Shown: in pieces, positions 41,532-50,449 of the stretch
How the letters are laid out: each line of letters begins with the position of its first letter
Numbering within the stretch: the stretch's first letter is position 1
From: Aureliella sp.
GTDB lineage: Bacteria; Planctomycetota; Planctomycetia; Pirellulales; Pirellulaceae
DNA: 64,000 nucleotides
Direction: 5' to 3'
NCBI GenBank assembly: GCA_963691875.1
Contig: OY829846.1
Span: 192,001 to 256,000, forward strand
Program-made: the position numbers and the translations under genes
Notes under the pieces: model-generated
What the model was told of the DNA's origin: nothing
The model's database searches: none
What the model saw: only the letters and a program-made list of their open reading frames with translations

Positions 41532-41719
41532 AATTTCCCGGATTTCCGTTTGATTTCGAAAAGCTGGGAAACTAGAAGACGCAGAAGGGCAACAGTCAAA
41601 TGGTTGCCCTTTTTGCATTGCTGTTTGATCCCATCCGAATCTAATCCGACTTTTGTAATCGCCAACCTTCGATTCGCTGACTGCTGAATTAGTATGTTGG
41701 CATTCCAAGAGTTTAAGAT

Positions 41720-42445
41720 ATGGCGAAGAAAAGCGAATCAAAGCGCAAAGACAGCACAGGTGCGGATGAGCTCCTCGTTGCTGGTAAGACTTCAGGGAGG
41801 CCGAAGTCTGGAATGAGCTGGCGCCAAATCTTTTTTTCTTGCGCTATCATATTGCACTTTTCGACGATTTTCGTCGCGCTCGGCTCGAATCTGATTCAGA
41901 GCCGCTTGCAGCAGAGTTTGATGAGTTGGTTGTCTCCTTATCTGATCTCCACGGCTCAGGGCTATGGAACGACACCCATTGAATTGACGCATGGGGAGGA
42001 CTTCGACTTTCCGGTCCAGTTGGAGTACTTGCAGCAAGGAGCTGGTCAGTGGCGAAGAATCAACAGCCACGGACTTTCTCGAGCAACGCAGACACGTTGG
42101 CCTCACCTGATGCGAACTCTTGGGATTGTCATGCAGGATGATCCTGAAGCGGAGGTGATCGGCGAGTTTCTTTTCCGACTTGTTATCGTCGCGGAATCGG
42201 AACTCAAAAATGTCACAGCAGTTCGCATTTTGCAGCCAGACCGACTGAATTTTGATGAAGCGAAGATTGCCGCTGAAGGCGGAGAGGAATTGGTTGGAGT
42301 CAAGGATTTTGTGCTCTACCAAGCCAGCGTTGTTCGCAAGGGTGATGCGATTGTAGGGTTGAATCCGTCGCAAGAAAGGTATCGCAGCAGCGCTCCGGAT
42401 AAGCCGGAAAGCGATACGAATGCGGGGGGAGGGGCAAAGGAATGA
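41720..42445 (+). CDS. Hypothetical single-pass membrane protein
   Basis: 241-aa ORF with one TM; stop overlaps the start of the next gene. Confidence 0.7.
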   Translation: MAKKSESKRKDSTGADELLVAGKTSGRPKSGMSWRQIFFSCAIILHFSTIFVALGSNLIQSRLQQSLMSWLSPYLISTAQGYGTTPIELTHGEDFDFPVQLEYLQQGAGQWRRINSHGLSRATQTRWPHLMRTLGIVMQDDPEAEVIGEFLFRLVIVAESELKNVTAVRILQPDRLNFDEAKIAAEGGEELVGVKDFVLYQASVVRKGDAIVGLNPSQERYRSSAPDKPESDTNAGGGAKE

Positions 42446-43317
42446 TGCGTCCCATCCTTGAAGACTGGCAAGATTTTTGGTTTAAGCCGAAGCCAGCCAG
42501 GCAGTTACTCGTGGCGAGGACAGGTGTTTGCATAGCTTGCTTACTTTGGCTGATTTCTTGGTGGATGGAATTGTCATTTTGGTTTGGCGATAACGGAGTG
42601 CTGTCCAGCGAAGTCGCAGCGCAGTTTGTCGCTTACGAAGGGCTCTCACGCTGGCAGCTTTGGTCTCCACTTTGGTGGACCGACTCGCTCTGGCTCTTTC
42701 AAGCCTGGGTTGGTCTTGGTGTCGTTCTGACTGCTCTGGTAGCAGCTGGCATCGGTGGTCGTTTCTCCGTCTTAACGCTCATTTTGTGCGTCATTGGACT
42801 GGCGCATCGGATGAGTTGGCTTATTGGTCCAGTTGAACCGGCACTCGTTGCATTCTTGGGATACCTGGCTGTACAGCCAGGGCCGGGCATCCAAGAATCT
42901 GAATCAAGAGAACAGGAGTGCTCTTGGGCTGGCGCGAGCTTGCGTCTACTCCAAACTCACGTCTGGATTCTGATTGCCGCAGGCGTGATGACACAACTAG
43001 CAAGCGTTCGTTGGTGGCGAGGAGATGCCATCTGGTGGCTGGCTGCGGCTGGTCGCTCGAATCTCTTGACGCTCGAGCATTTAGTGGACCGAGCTTATTT
43101 GGTGAATGCCTTAACCCACGGCATGATCGTGCTGCAGTTTCTTACGCTTTGGCTGCTCTTGATTCGAAGCACGCGGTGGATCGGAATCGGCTTGGGCGTA
43201 ACCTGGTGTCTCGTCCTAGCTTTTCTAGCCGACTATGCGCTATACGGAACCGTTCTTTTGGGCGGGCTACTTGCCTTCGTTCCTATTCGACAAGCTTCCC
43301 ATTCGGCATCCGAATAG
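42442..43317 (+). CDS. HTTM-like multi-pass membrane protein
   Basis: WQDFWFKP..L..ARTGV, WFGDNGVL, LRLLQTH, WWRGDAIWW; about 7 hydrophobic segments. Confidence 0.7.
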   Translation: MMRPILEDWQDFWFKPKPARQLLVARTGVCIACLLWLISWWMELSFWFGDNGVLSSEVAAQFVAYEGLSRWQLWSPLWWTDSLWLFQAWVGLGVVLTALVAAGIGGRFSVLTLILCVIGLAHRMSWLIGPVEPALVAFLGYLAVQPGPGIQESESREQECSWAGASLRLLQTHVWILIAAGVMTQLASVRWWRGDAIWWLAAAGRSNLLTLEHLVDRAYLVNALTHGMIVLQFLTLWLLLIRSTRWIGIGLGVTWCLVLAFLADYALYGTVLLGGLLAFVPIRQASHSASE

Positions 43318-43457
43318 CCAGATTGCAGGTTAGGGTCGGAGAAAATCCTACCACGCCGATGAACCTATTCTTCCTGATGGGGGCTTTCACTGCGAATGAA
43401 TTCTTTTGCAAGACAGTGAATGGTAACGCGAAGAGGAACAACGAAATCTATTCGATC

Positions 43458-43496
43458 AAGGCTCGATGTCACATGCAATGGTATCGAGCCTTTTTT
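43458..43496 (+). terminator. Terminator/attenuator hairpin
   Basis: AAGGCTCGAT...ATCGAGCCTT followed by a T-run. Confidence 0.75.
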
Positions 43497-43590
43497 CGTA
43501 TCAAGTGGTAGTCGGATGTTCCGTGTGGGTGAAGCTCGCGGAATCCAAAAGTGATTCTTGCGGGGAACCAAACTCTGCCACAATTTACTT

Positions 43591-43662
43591 GGGTCGGTAG
43601 CTGAGACGGCTTAGCAGCGGTTTGAAGCGTCGGAGACGAGGATTCGAGCGCCTCCCGACCTA
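43591..43662 (+). pseudogene. Degenerate tRNA-like element, anticodon position GAA (Phe)
   Basis: Acceptor GGGTCGG/CCGACCT+A, TA, D-arm GCT..AGC, loop TT-GAA-GC with weak stem, T-arm GAGG.TTCGAGC.CCTC; 72 nt. Confidence 0.75.
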
Positions 43663-43701
43663 CTTGAGATGCCTCTAGTTGGGTGTAAATAAAAGTAGAT
43701 T

Positions 43702-43772
43702 TGGGCGTGATGTGTAGTGTTTGCACGCGTCGTTTGCGGCGATGTAGCCCGATTCGATTCCGACAAACCCGA
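43702..43772 (+). pseudogene. Degenerate tRNA-like element (Pro-like ends, loop TT-TGC-GG)
   Basis: TGGG.../...CCCG-A ends, anticodon stem CGTCG/CGATG around a 7-nt loop, T-loop TTCGATTCC; 71 nt; several stem mismatches. Confidence 0.6.
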
Positions 43773-44329
43773 CTTGAAGGCTGAATAGATCGACCGTCGA
43801 TTCAGCCGTCCTTCGCAAAAAATAACCGCCCGAAGCGTAGGGGTAACGCATCTCCGAATGGGACTGAGTACGCTGTTGGGCTTGAACGCGTGCTGCTTGA
43901 TGAGGGAAGTGAGTATCGGCCAGAGGGGCTCGAGGAATGATCGCTCTATGTGCTTTCCCGGCGGATTTGATAGTCGAGTTCTTTTACCGCGTTGTCCACT
44001 TCGTCAAGAAGTTTTAAATTCGATGGGTGTCAAGCATCCAAGTGCAATTCGAGGTGTACCTAACCTGTCCGCAAGCAAAGTACTTTGCGTCAATGGGAGC
44101 ACGTTGCACGAAATCGGACATTACTGCTACTTAGTGACAAACCGACGCAGCTGCTATACACGATGCGAGTCCTGTGTCGGGGACTTTGGACGTCGCAATG
44201 AGGCAGAGATCTTCGATGACTAAGTGAGTGTCTTTGGCTTCGTTGCCTGGAAGATCGAAGACTACTGAGACCCGGCAACAGCGAACAAAAGTGGATGTAA
44301 AAGGATTTGTTCTTTCGAAACATCAAATT

Positions 44330-44403
44330 GCCGACGTAGCTCGACTGAGAAAGGCTCCGCACCGATAATGCAGCTCATGCAGGTGCGAATCCACTCGTCG
44401 CCT
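44330..44403 (+). pseudogene. Degenerate tRNA-like element (Thr-like acceptor, loop CC-GAT-AA)
   Basis: GCCGACG-TA-GCTC start, stem CCGCA/TGCAG around a 7-nt loop, GCAGG-TGCGAAT-CC T-arm, CGTCGCC-T end; 74 nt. Confidence 0.7.
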
Positions 44404-44440
44404 CTTGATAAACCTTAGCTCCTGTTTGCTTAAGGGAGAG

Positions 44441-45014
44441 ATGAGTAAGATAGTGTTGGCGTATCCGAAGATTCTAGACAATAGCGCGGCTCCGCTGGCA
44501 AGCTGTGTGAACTTCGAAAAATACGATGGCACGACCTTGCATCGGTTTTGGGACTTTGAACTCGGTTCGTACGCTAATAGAACTCGGCGCGATCGAATTG
44601 ATTTCAATACAAGCGGATCAGAACGATTCAGCAAGAGGCATCCCAAATTCTCTGAATCCGCAGATCTATACTTGAGTACCTTGCTGAGGAATTGTCCACC
44701 AGAGTGCAGGCGAACTAGGGGTTGCGAATGAGATGGTCGCTTTTAAAGAGTTTTTCGGAGATGATTCCATTGCCGGAAAGCACGAGGAGAACGACCCCAA
44801 ACGCCTGGTACTGATTGATGTCTCCATCGACTCTAGGATACTTCCACCCGAAGAATTACTCTTTCTGTTCGAGGGATAGCCTTTTGCTACCGTCCTCTAT
44901 TGAGGCAAGCTAATGGGACGTTTTTCGGAAGATGCGCGCTTTGGGCAATATCTTGTAGTGTAAGGAGTTGTGTGCAAAGGCGGGGTGGTTGGGCGTGACA
45001 ACGTGTCTGCGTGA
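44441..45014 (+). pseudogene. ATP-dependent RNA ligase-like (covalent nucleotidyltransferase) pseudogene
   Basis: GGGAGAG RBS then MSKIVLAYPKI..FEKYDGT (motif I KxDG); after a +1 shift near 44700-44730: AFKEFFG (III), LVLIDV (IIIa), *GVVCKG (IV); three internal stops. Confidence 0.75.
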
Positions 45015-45115
45015 TTGTGCTAGATTCGGCCTTGGGGGCTAGCGTTATCGAAACGATACTGCTCGTCTTTAGCTATACTACAGGTCGTCATTTGGCTCGG
45101 TTAGAGAAACGTGCA

Positions 45116-47587
45116 ATGGTCAAGATCCAATTATCGATTCTTGCAGCGGTATTGTTGGCAACCGGATACTTGCCGCTCGGTGTAAATGCGGATGAAGCTG
45201 GAGCTTTGCTGAGCAAGTATTGCTTTCATTGTCATGGCGGTGAAGTTCAGAAGGCGGATAGGAAGTTTCATGATCTGCCCGACCAGATCAAGACTCTGGA
45301 ACATCTAGAACGTTATCAGGAGATTGTCGATCAACTGAATTTGGAAAGTATGCCTCCTAACGATTCTGCGCAACCGAGTGACAAAGAGCGCGCCGAAGCG
45401 ATTGCACAGTTGACGCGAAGAATCGCGGAAGCGCAGGCTTTGCTTGGCGGTTCGGGACAGCATAGTATTCTGAGGCGTCTGAATTCTTGGGAGTACCGTC
45501 AGACGATCAGTGACTTGCTTGGCATCAACGTCGACGTCTGGGATCCGGCTGAGGATTTTCCTGAGGAAGTGAAGGTCGAGGGCTTCGACAACAACGGCGC
45601 GGAGCTGGTCACGTCAGGGATTCTGCTGGATCACTATTTGGTGGCCGCCGAGGAAGCGATTCGCAGGGCGACGCACTTCGGCGAGAGGCCACGAACGCTA
45701 AAGTATTCACAGAAGTCGCCTTTTTACTTCGAGGGCAACGCAGCCAAAGGACTTCCAAAGCTCTTTCAGACTGGACGGTTTCGCTGGGTTCCCGAGACGC
45801 CTTACACAGATCTTTATGGGCGGCACTATCGCGGCGGGCACATCGGATTTATACCTCTCTTCAAGCAAGGCGGCGCGCCTCACAGCGGTCTCTACACCAT
45901 TCGTGTGAAGGCGGCGGCACTTGGACGCGTTCACGAATACGGCAAGGCGATTGACGATTTTCAAAATGGTGATCCGTTGGTGATGGAGATCGCGGCAGTG
46001 GATAGACGAGGTAGCGTTACGAGTAGCGGTAGTGTCTCTGATATGGCCTCACTCGCGCTCATCGAATTGACGAACGAAGATCCTGAGTGGTTTGAGTGGA
46101 AAGTTTACTTGGACAAGGGTTACGAGCCTGAAGTGCGTTTCAGGAACGGCCCGATCGCCGCAAAGCGGATGGTCCGGATGCTCACAACTCATGCAGCTGA
46201 CAAACCGGAGTTTCTGCCGTTCGTCGACATGCCCGACAAACTCAAACGAGCACGTGGAGTATTGAATGCTTATAAAGGCCCTCGACTCCGCATCTGGGAG
46301 ATCCAGGTGGAAGGTCCACATTTTGAGACTTGGCCGCCCACTGGACATAGGGCCCTTTACGGCAATTCGGAAGTCAAACGGCTTCGTTCTGATTCCATTC
46401 GCAGTCGATTGGAGGAGTTCGCTGAAAAGGCTTTTCGGCGACCGGTTGCAAAAGATGAACTGGAACCGATCCACGAACTTGTCGAGAGGAAGGTGCAAGA
46501 TGGTGTCGAGCCGTTGGAGGCACTTCAGCTTGGCCTCCAAGCGATTTTGTGCTCGCCAGGATTCTTGTATCTGAACCTCGGCGAAGGCGATCTCAGCCAG
46601 ACAGCAGTTGCGTCAAGGCTTTCGTATTTTCTTTGGTCATCGCCGCCAGACGAACCGCTACTCAAACTGGCCAACGAGGGAATGCTCGTCCGGCAGCTTT
46701 CAGCGCAAGTAGATCGTATGTTAACCGACTCTCGCTCGGACCACTTTGTGCAGCATTTTGTGCGTAGTTGGTTGGATATTGACAATATCGGGACGATGCC
46801 GCCGGGAGAAGATTTCCTTGTCTTCTATCGAGACAATCTTGAACAAGCGATGCGGGCAGAAACGCAGCAGTTCTTTCGACATATCCTTGACAACAATTTG
46901 CCGATTAAAGAATTTCTCGACGCGGACTACACTTTCCTTAATCGCGAGCTCGCCCGGCATTATGGCTTAAGAGGTGTTGTTGGCAATGAGATGCAGCGTA
47001 TTAGCCTCACTGGAACCGAGCGCCGCGGGTTGCTCGGACAAGGTGCTTTTCTAACCGCTTCGGCCAACGGCGTTGATACATCGCCAGTGGTCCGTGGAAT
47101 TTACGTTCTCGAGAAACTGCTGGGCTACACCCCGCCTCCTCCACCTCCTGATGTTCCAATTATTGAGCCTGATATTCGTGGGGCAAAGACCATTCGAGAG
47201 CAGCTCGAGAGGCATCGCGAAATTGCAAGCTGCGCCGAATGTCACCGGAAGATCGACCCGCTCGGTTTTGCGCTAGAAAACTATGATGCGATTGGCGGCT
47301 GGCGCAAACGATATCCTGGAAATTTACCCATTGATCCCAGCGGCAAGCTTCCGAACGGGGATGTGTTCGATTCCATCACAGAGTTTCGCGCGCACTTGAT
47401 GCAACGCGAGGATCAATTCACACGCTGTTTGGCAGAGAAGCTGATGACTTACGCTTTGGGCCGCAAGCTCGAAATCGCAGATCGCCCCGGCGTCGACAAG
47501 ATTCTTGAGCAGCTTGCAAACGAGAAAGGTGGACTTCGCGACCTCATCCAGCTAATTGTGTTGAGCGATGCGTTTCAATCGAATTAG
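45116..47587 (+). CDS. DUF1592/DUF1588/DUF1585-family protein with heme-binding CxxCH motifs
   Basis: Signal peptide, CFHCHG, LRRLNSWEY, GFDNNG, AFRRP, ASRLSYFLWSSPPD, SPVVRG, CAECHRKIDPLGFALENYD, KLMTYALGR; ATG 45116 preferred to 45011. Confidence 0.93.
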   Translation: MVKIQLSILAAVLLATGYLPLGVNADEAGALLSKYCFHCHGGEVQKADRKFHDLPDQIKTLEHLERYQEIVDQLNLESMPPNDSAQPSDKERAEAIAQLTRRIAEAQALLGGSGQHSILRRLNSWEYRQTISDLLGINVDVWDPAEDFPEEVKVEGFDNNGAELVTSGILLDHYLVAAEEAIRRATHFGERPRTLKYSQKSPFYFEGNAAKGLPKLFQTGRFRWVPETPYTDLYGRHYRGGHIGFIPLFKQGGAPHSGLYTIRVKAAALGRVHEYGKAIDDFQNGDPLVMEIAAVDRRGSVTSSGSVSDMASLALIELTNEDPEWFEWKVYLDKGYEPEVRFRNGPIAAKRMVRMLTTHAADKPEFLPFVDMPDKLKRARGVLNAYKGPRLRIWEIQVEGPHFETWPPTGHRALYGNSEVKRLRSDSIRSRLEEFAEKAFRRPVAKDELEPIHELVERKVQDGVEPLEALQLGLQAILCSPGFLYLNLGEGDLSQTAVASRLSYFLWSSPPDEPLLKLANEGMLVRQLSAQVDRMLTDSRSDHFVQHFVRSWLDIDNIGTMPPGEDFLVFYRDNLEQAMRAETQQFFRHILDNNLPIKEFLDADYTFLNRELARHYGLRGVVGNEMQRISLTGTERRGLLGQGAFLTASANGVDTSPVVRGIYVLEKLLGYTPPPPPPDVPIIEPDIRGAKTIREQLERHREIASCAECHRKIDPLGFALENYDAIGGWRKRYPGNLPIDPSGKLPNGDVFDSITEFRAHLMQREDQFTRCLAEKLMTYALGRKLEIADRPGVDKILEQLANEKGGLRDLIQLIVLSDAFQSN

Positions 47588-48428
47588 GCGTTGTTGGTCG
47601 GGCGCCGGACATTCTGACCATTACATGCGACTGCCTGTTTTTGGTAGTTGGGCGGGACATCTCTAACTTGTTCGGCCTTCCGAGGTGTCGAGACATCGAT
47701 GCCGCAGCGAAGCTCGACATTCTGAAGGGGTTTGCGTTCGCAGCGAGAAGGCGTTCTGAAATTGCGGCTGCACTTGCAAGATGAATGGTGTTGGAGTTGG
47801 CGGAAGAGAATGGAAGCCCATGCTCGGGATGCCTCATTTCAATTCTTGGCAGCTTCGCTCGCGGACCTGCGGAGAGCGGCGCGATATCGTTTTTGTTGCT
47901 GCGTGCGGAAATGAGCGTTTCCGCATTCTTGCATACGGGCCTCCAGCTTTAGAAAGAGCATGCGAGTTTCTAACTGGTGGCTAGGTGCGTACGCCCAAAC
48001 TCTAAAACTCCCGAATGAGTTTTGTCTTCGAACCAATACTTCGGCAAGATAGTTCGAACTCGCCAGCAGCGTTGCTCTTGTCTTCACCACTCGATCGGAA
48101 ACGCCTCCGCTAATTGGCAGCAAGAGACGTACCCCGAGAACCGAAATTCACTTCTTATCGATGACTCGCCCTCACACGACAATGAAGCCTTCGTCCTTGG
48201 TTCCCGTGGCCGGAGCGGCTACAGAATTTGGCGAACCCGAGCCAGTTTCTTTCGTTTCGCTAAACGCCAGCTGGTCGTTAGATTTCTGAGCGACAGCCAC
48301 GTTTGACCTAAGCGATACACGGGAAAAAGAGACTGTCCCGAAATAGCAAAGGAAACAGCGATTGTCGTTCGCGCATGAGTCACCTCTCTTCGTTTCAGGA
48401 CAAAGAAAGTCACTGACAGCGGAGGCGA

Positions 48429-49955
48429 CTATTCGTATTCTGGGATCTTTGCATCCTTCTCGATGCGTTGGTTCTCCCAATAGACAAAGCCATCGTCCTT
48501 GAGCTCGACTAAGCGTGATTTGCTGCCAGCTGCGGGGTTGGCCGGTTTGCTCGGGAGAAATGCTGCAAGCTTTTGTTTCAAAGAACTGTATTTCTCATCT
48601 GAAGCAAGATTGGTGAATTCGTTTGGGTCCTGCTGCATATCATAGAGTTCTTCAGAACCATCAGCGTATCGAATATAGCGATGGGTTTCGGTGCGAACGG
48701 TATCGTTTCCTGGGCCGTGCGAAGTGATCGCAGGTCGCATTCTCGCTGCTGATGCATCACGAAGCTGCGGGACAAGGCTCATCCCCTCGAGCGCGGCGGG
48801 TGCATCCTTCAGATCGCAAAGTTCGGCCAACGTTGGGTAAATGTCGAGCAACTCAGCAGGACGCTCACATTCGCCTTTTGCGATTCCTGGCCCTGCAAAG
48901 ATCAACGGAACACGAGTCGACGGTTCCCAGAGTGTGTTCTTGCCGGTGATTTCTTTTTCACCGAGGTGGTAGCCATGATCAGACCAGCACACGACGATGG
49001 TGTTATCCTTCGCACCACTGGCTTCAAGTGCATCGAGTACTCTTCCCACTTGCGCGTCCACGAAGCTTACCGAAGCGAGATAGGAACGCACTTTGTTCTT
49101 CACTTGGCCCTGTTCTTCCAGGAACTTCAGTCGTGGTTCTGGAAGCCTCCAATGGATAAACCAAGAGAATCGTGGTGTGTCCGAGCGATCATTCTCTCCG
49201 ATCGGCGGTAGCTGAAGTGAGTCTTCTGGGTAAAGATCAAACCACTTCTGTGAAGCGTAAAGTGGCACGTGTGGCCGGAAGAACCCGACAGTCATGAAGA
49301 ACGGTTCTTTGGGCTTCTGGCTCAGCTGTTTGATCGCCCACTCGGCGGTACGATAGTCAACTTGATCTGAATCATTCGGCGGCCAGATTCCCCAGTCAAC
49401 AAGTTTGTGCTTCTGTGGCGTGTCAACAAATTTCTTTTTTGGAAATTGGTTGGGCAATGGTGGACGCTTTCCCAAGACCTGGAATTCCGCATTGCCTGAA
49501 CCGCCGTGGTAGATCTTTCCACAACTCGACGTGGCATAGCCGGACGCCTCAAAGGCATTCGGCATAGTGACGTGCTCCTTTAACATCGGAACAGTCCGAA
49601 AAGCAGGCTGAAGCGAGTAGACGCCGGTCGTGGTGGGGCGAAGGCCTGTCATCACGGAAGTGCGCGATGAATTGCACAGAGGCGACTGGCAGTGCGCGTT
49701 GAGAAACAAAGTTCCTCTCGCGGCGAGTTTGTCTAAATTCGGAGTCTTGACTTGTGGATGTCCGTCCAAGCAGCCAATCCAATCATTCAAGTCATCGATC
49801 GCGATAAAAAGTACGTTGGGCTTGCTTGACTCCTGCGCGCTGGCGCTTGCCATGCAATTCAACAGGAAAATGAACGCTGCAAAATGTTGGAGCAATAGCG
49901 CGGAGCTGAGTTGAGTACTCTTAATCGCAATCATAATCTTAATCCTAATTTTCAT
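48429..49955 (-). CDS. Sulfatase (iduronate-2-/choline-sulfatase-like)
   Basis: AIDDLNDW, CNSSRTSVMTG, GKIYH, GFFRPHVP, WSDHGYHLGEK; true start probably downstream of 49955. Confidence 0.92.
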   Translation of the reverse strand: MKIRIKIMIAIKSTQLSSALLLQHFAAFIFLLNCMASASAQESSKPNVLFIAIDDLNDWIGCLDGHPQVKTPNLDKLAARGTLFLNAHCQSPLCNSSRTSVMTGLRPTTTGVYSLQPAFRTVPMLKEHVTMPNAFEASGYATSSCGKIYHGGSGNAEFQVLGKRPPLPNQFPKKKFVDTPQKHKLVDWGIWPPNDSDQVDYRTAEWAIKQLSQKPKEPFFMTVGFFRPHVPLYASQKWFDLYPEDSLQLPPIGENDRSDTPRFSWFIHWRLPEPRLKFLEEQGQVKNKVRSYLASVSFVDAQVGRVLDALEASGAKDNTIVVCWSDHGYHLGEKEITGKNTLWEPSTRVPLIFAGPGIAKGECERPAELLDIYPTLAELCDLKDAPAALEGMSLVPQLRDASAARMRPAITSHGPGNDTVRTETHRYIRYADGSEELYDMQQDPNEFTNLASDEKYSSLKQKLAAFLPSKPANPAAGSKSRLVELKDDGFVYWENQRIEKDAKIPEYE

Positions 49956-50042
49956 TCTCAGGTGTGCAGTATCGTGCGAACTGAGTGGTGATGCAAATGC
50001 CTCAAATTTCCCAATCTTTTGAAGTCGCTCGAATAAGACCGA

Positions 50043-50375
50043 CTAGCATAGCGACCGTATCGGATAGCATCTGCTTGCCGGGCGTGATTCTTGCTCATGG
50101 TGTGCTTCTTTGGCAACAAGGACGTCCAGAAAAGCAGCGCATGTGAGCGCCGACCTGCGAGCAGTGTCGAAGTACTCGAATCGATACCTTGTTTTATGCT
50201 CGCCGTTGCCTTCCGCAATATTCAATGGAACACGGGGTGCTGCTCTCTCTAGCTGATGTTGGACTGAGAGCGTTTTGGGGGTGTTGGCCAACAGCTCATG
50301 CGTCCATGCGACGAATTGCACTGATTCTTGGTAGACCTTCAACTTCTCGCAGTGAGGCACCTTATGGCACTGAAG
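50043..50375 (-). pseudogene. Four-helix-bundle (IVS/S23-like) protein relic
   Basis: EKLKVYQESV..QLERAA..VPLNIAEGNG..FDTARRSALTCAAFLDVL; no clean start, C-terminus appears frameshifted. Confidence 0.75.
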
Positions 50376-50449
50376 TTTGAGGGTGAGATAGTGGTAAAGA
50401 TAGCTACTGAAAGCGGACGGAGGATAAGGATTTTGATCGAGAATCTGGA

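Noticed and set aside
44323..44646. 107-aa minus-strand ORF
   Set aside because: Antisense shadow of the tRNA-like unit and ligase relic.
45011..45115. Upstream GTG start for the DUF1592 gene
   Set aside because: The signal peptide begins at ATG 45116, and the extension abuts the end of the ligase relic.
47600..48420. Short ORFs between the DUF1592 gene and the sulfatase
   Set aside because: No coherent frame, repeat or RNA structure found by eye.
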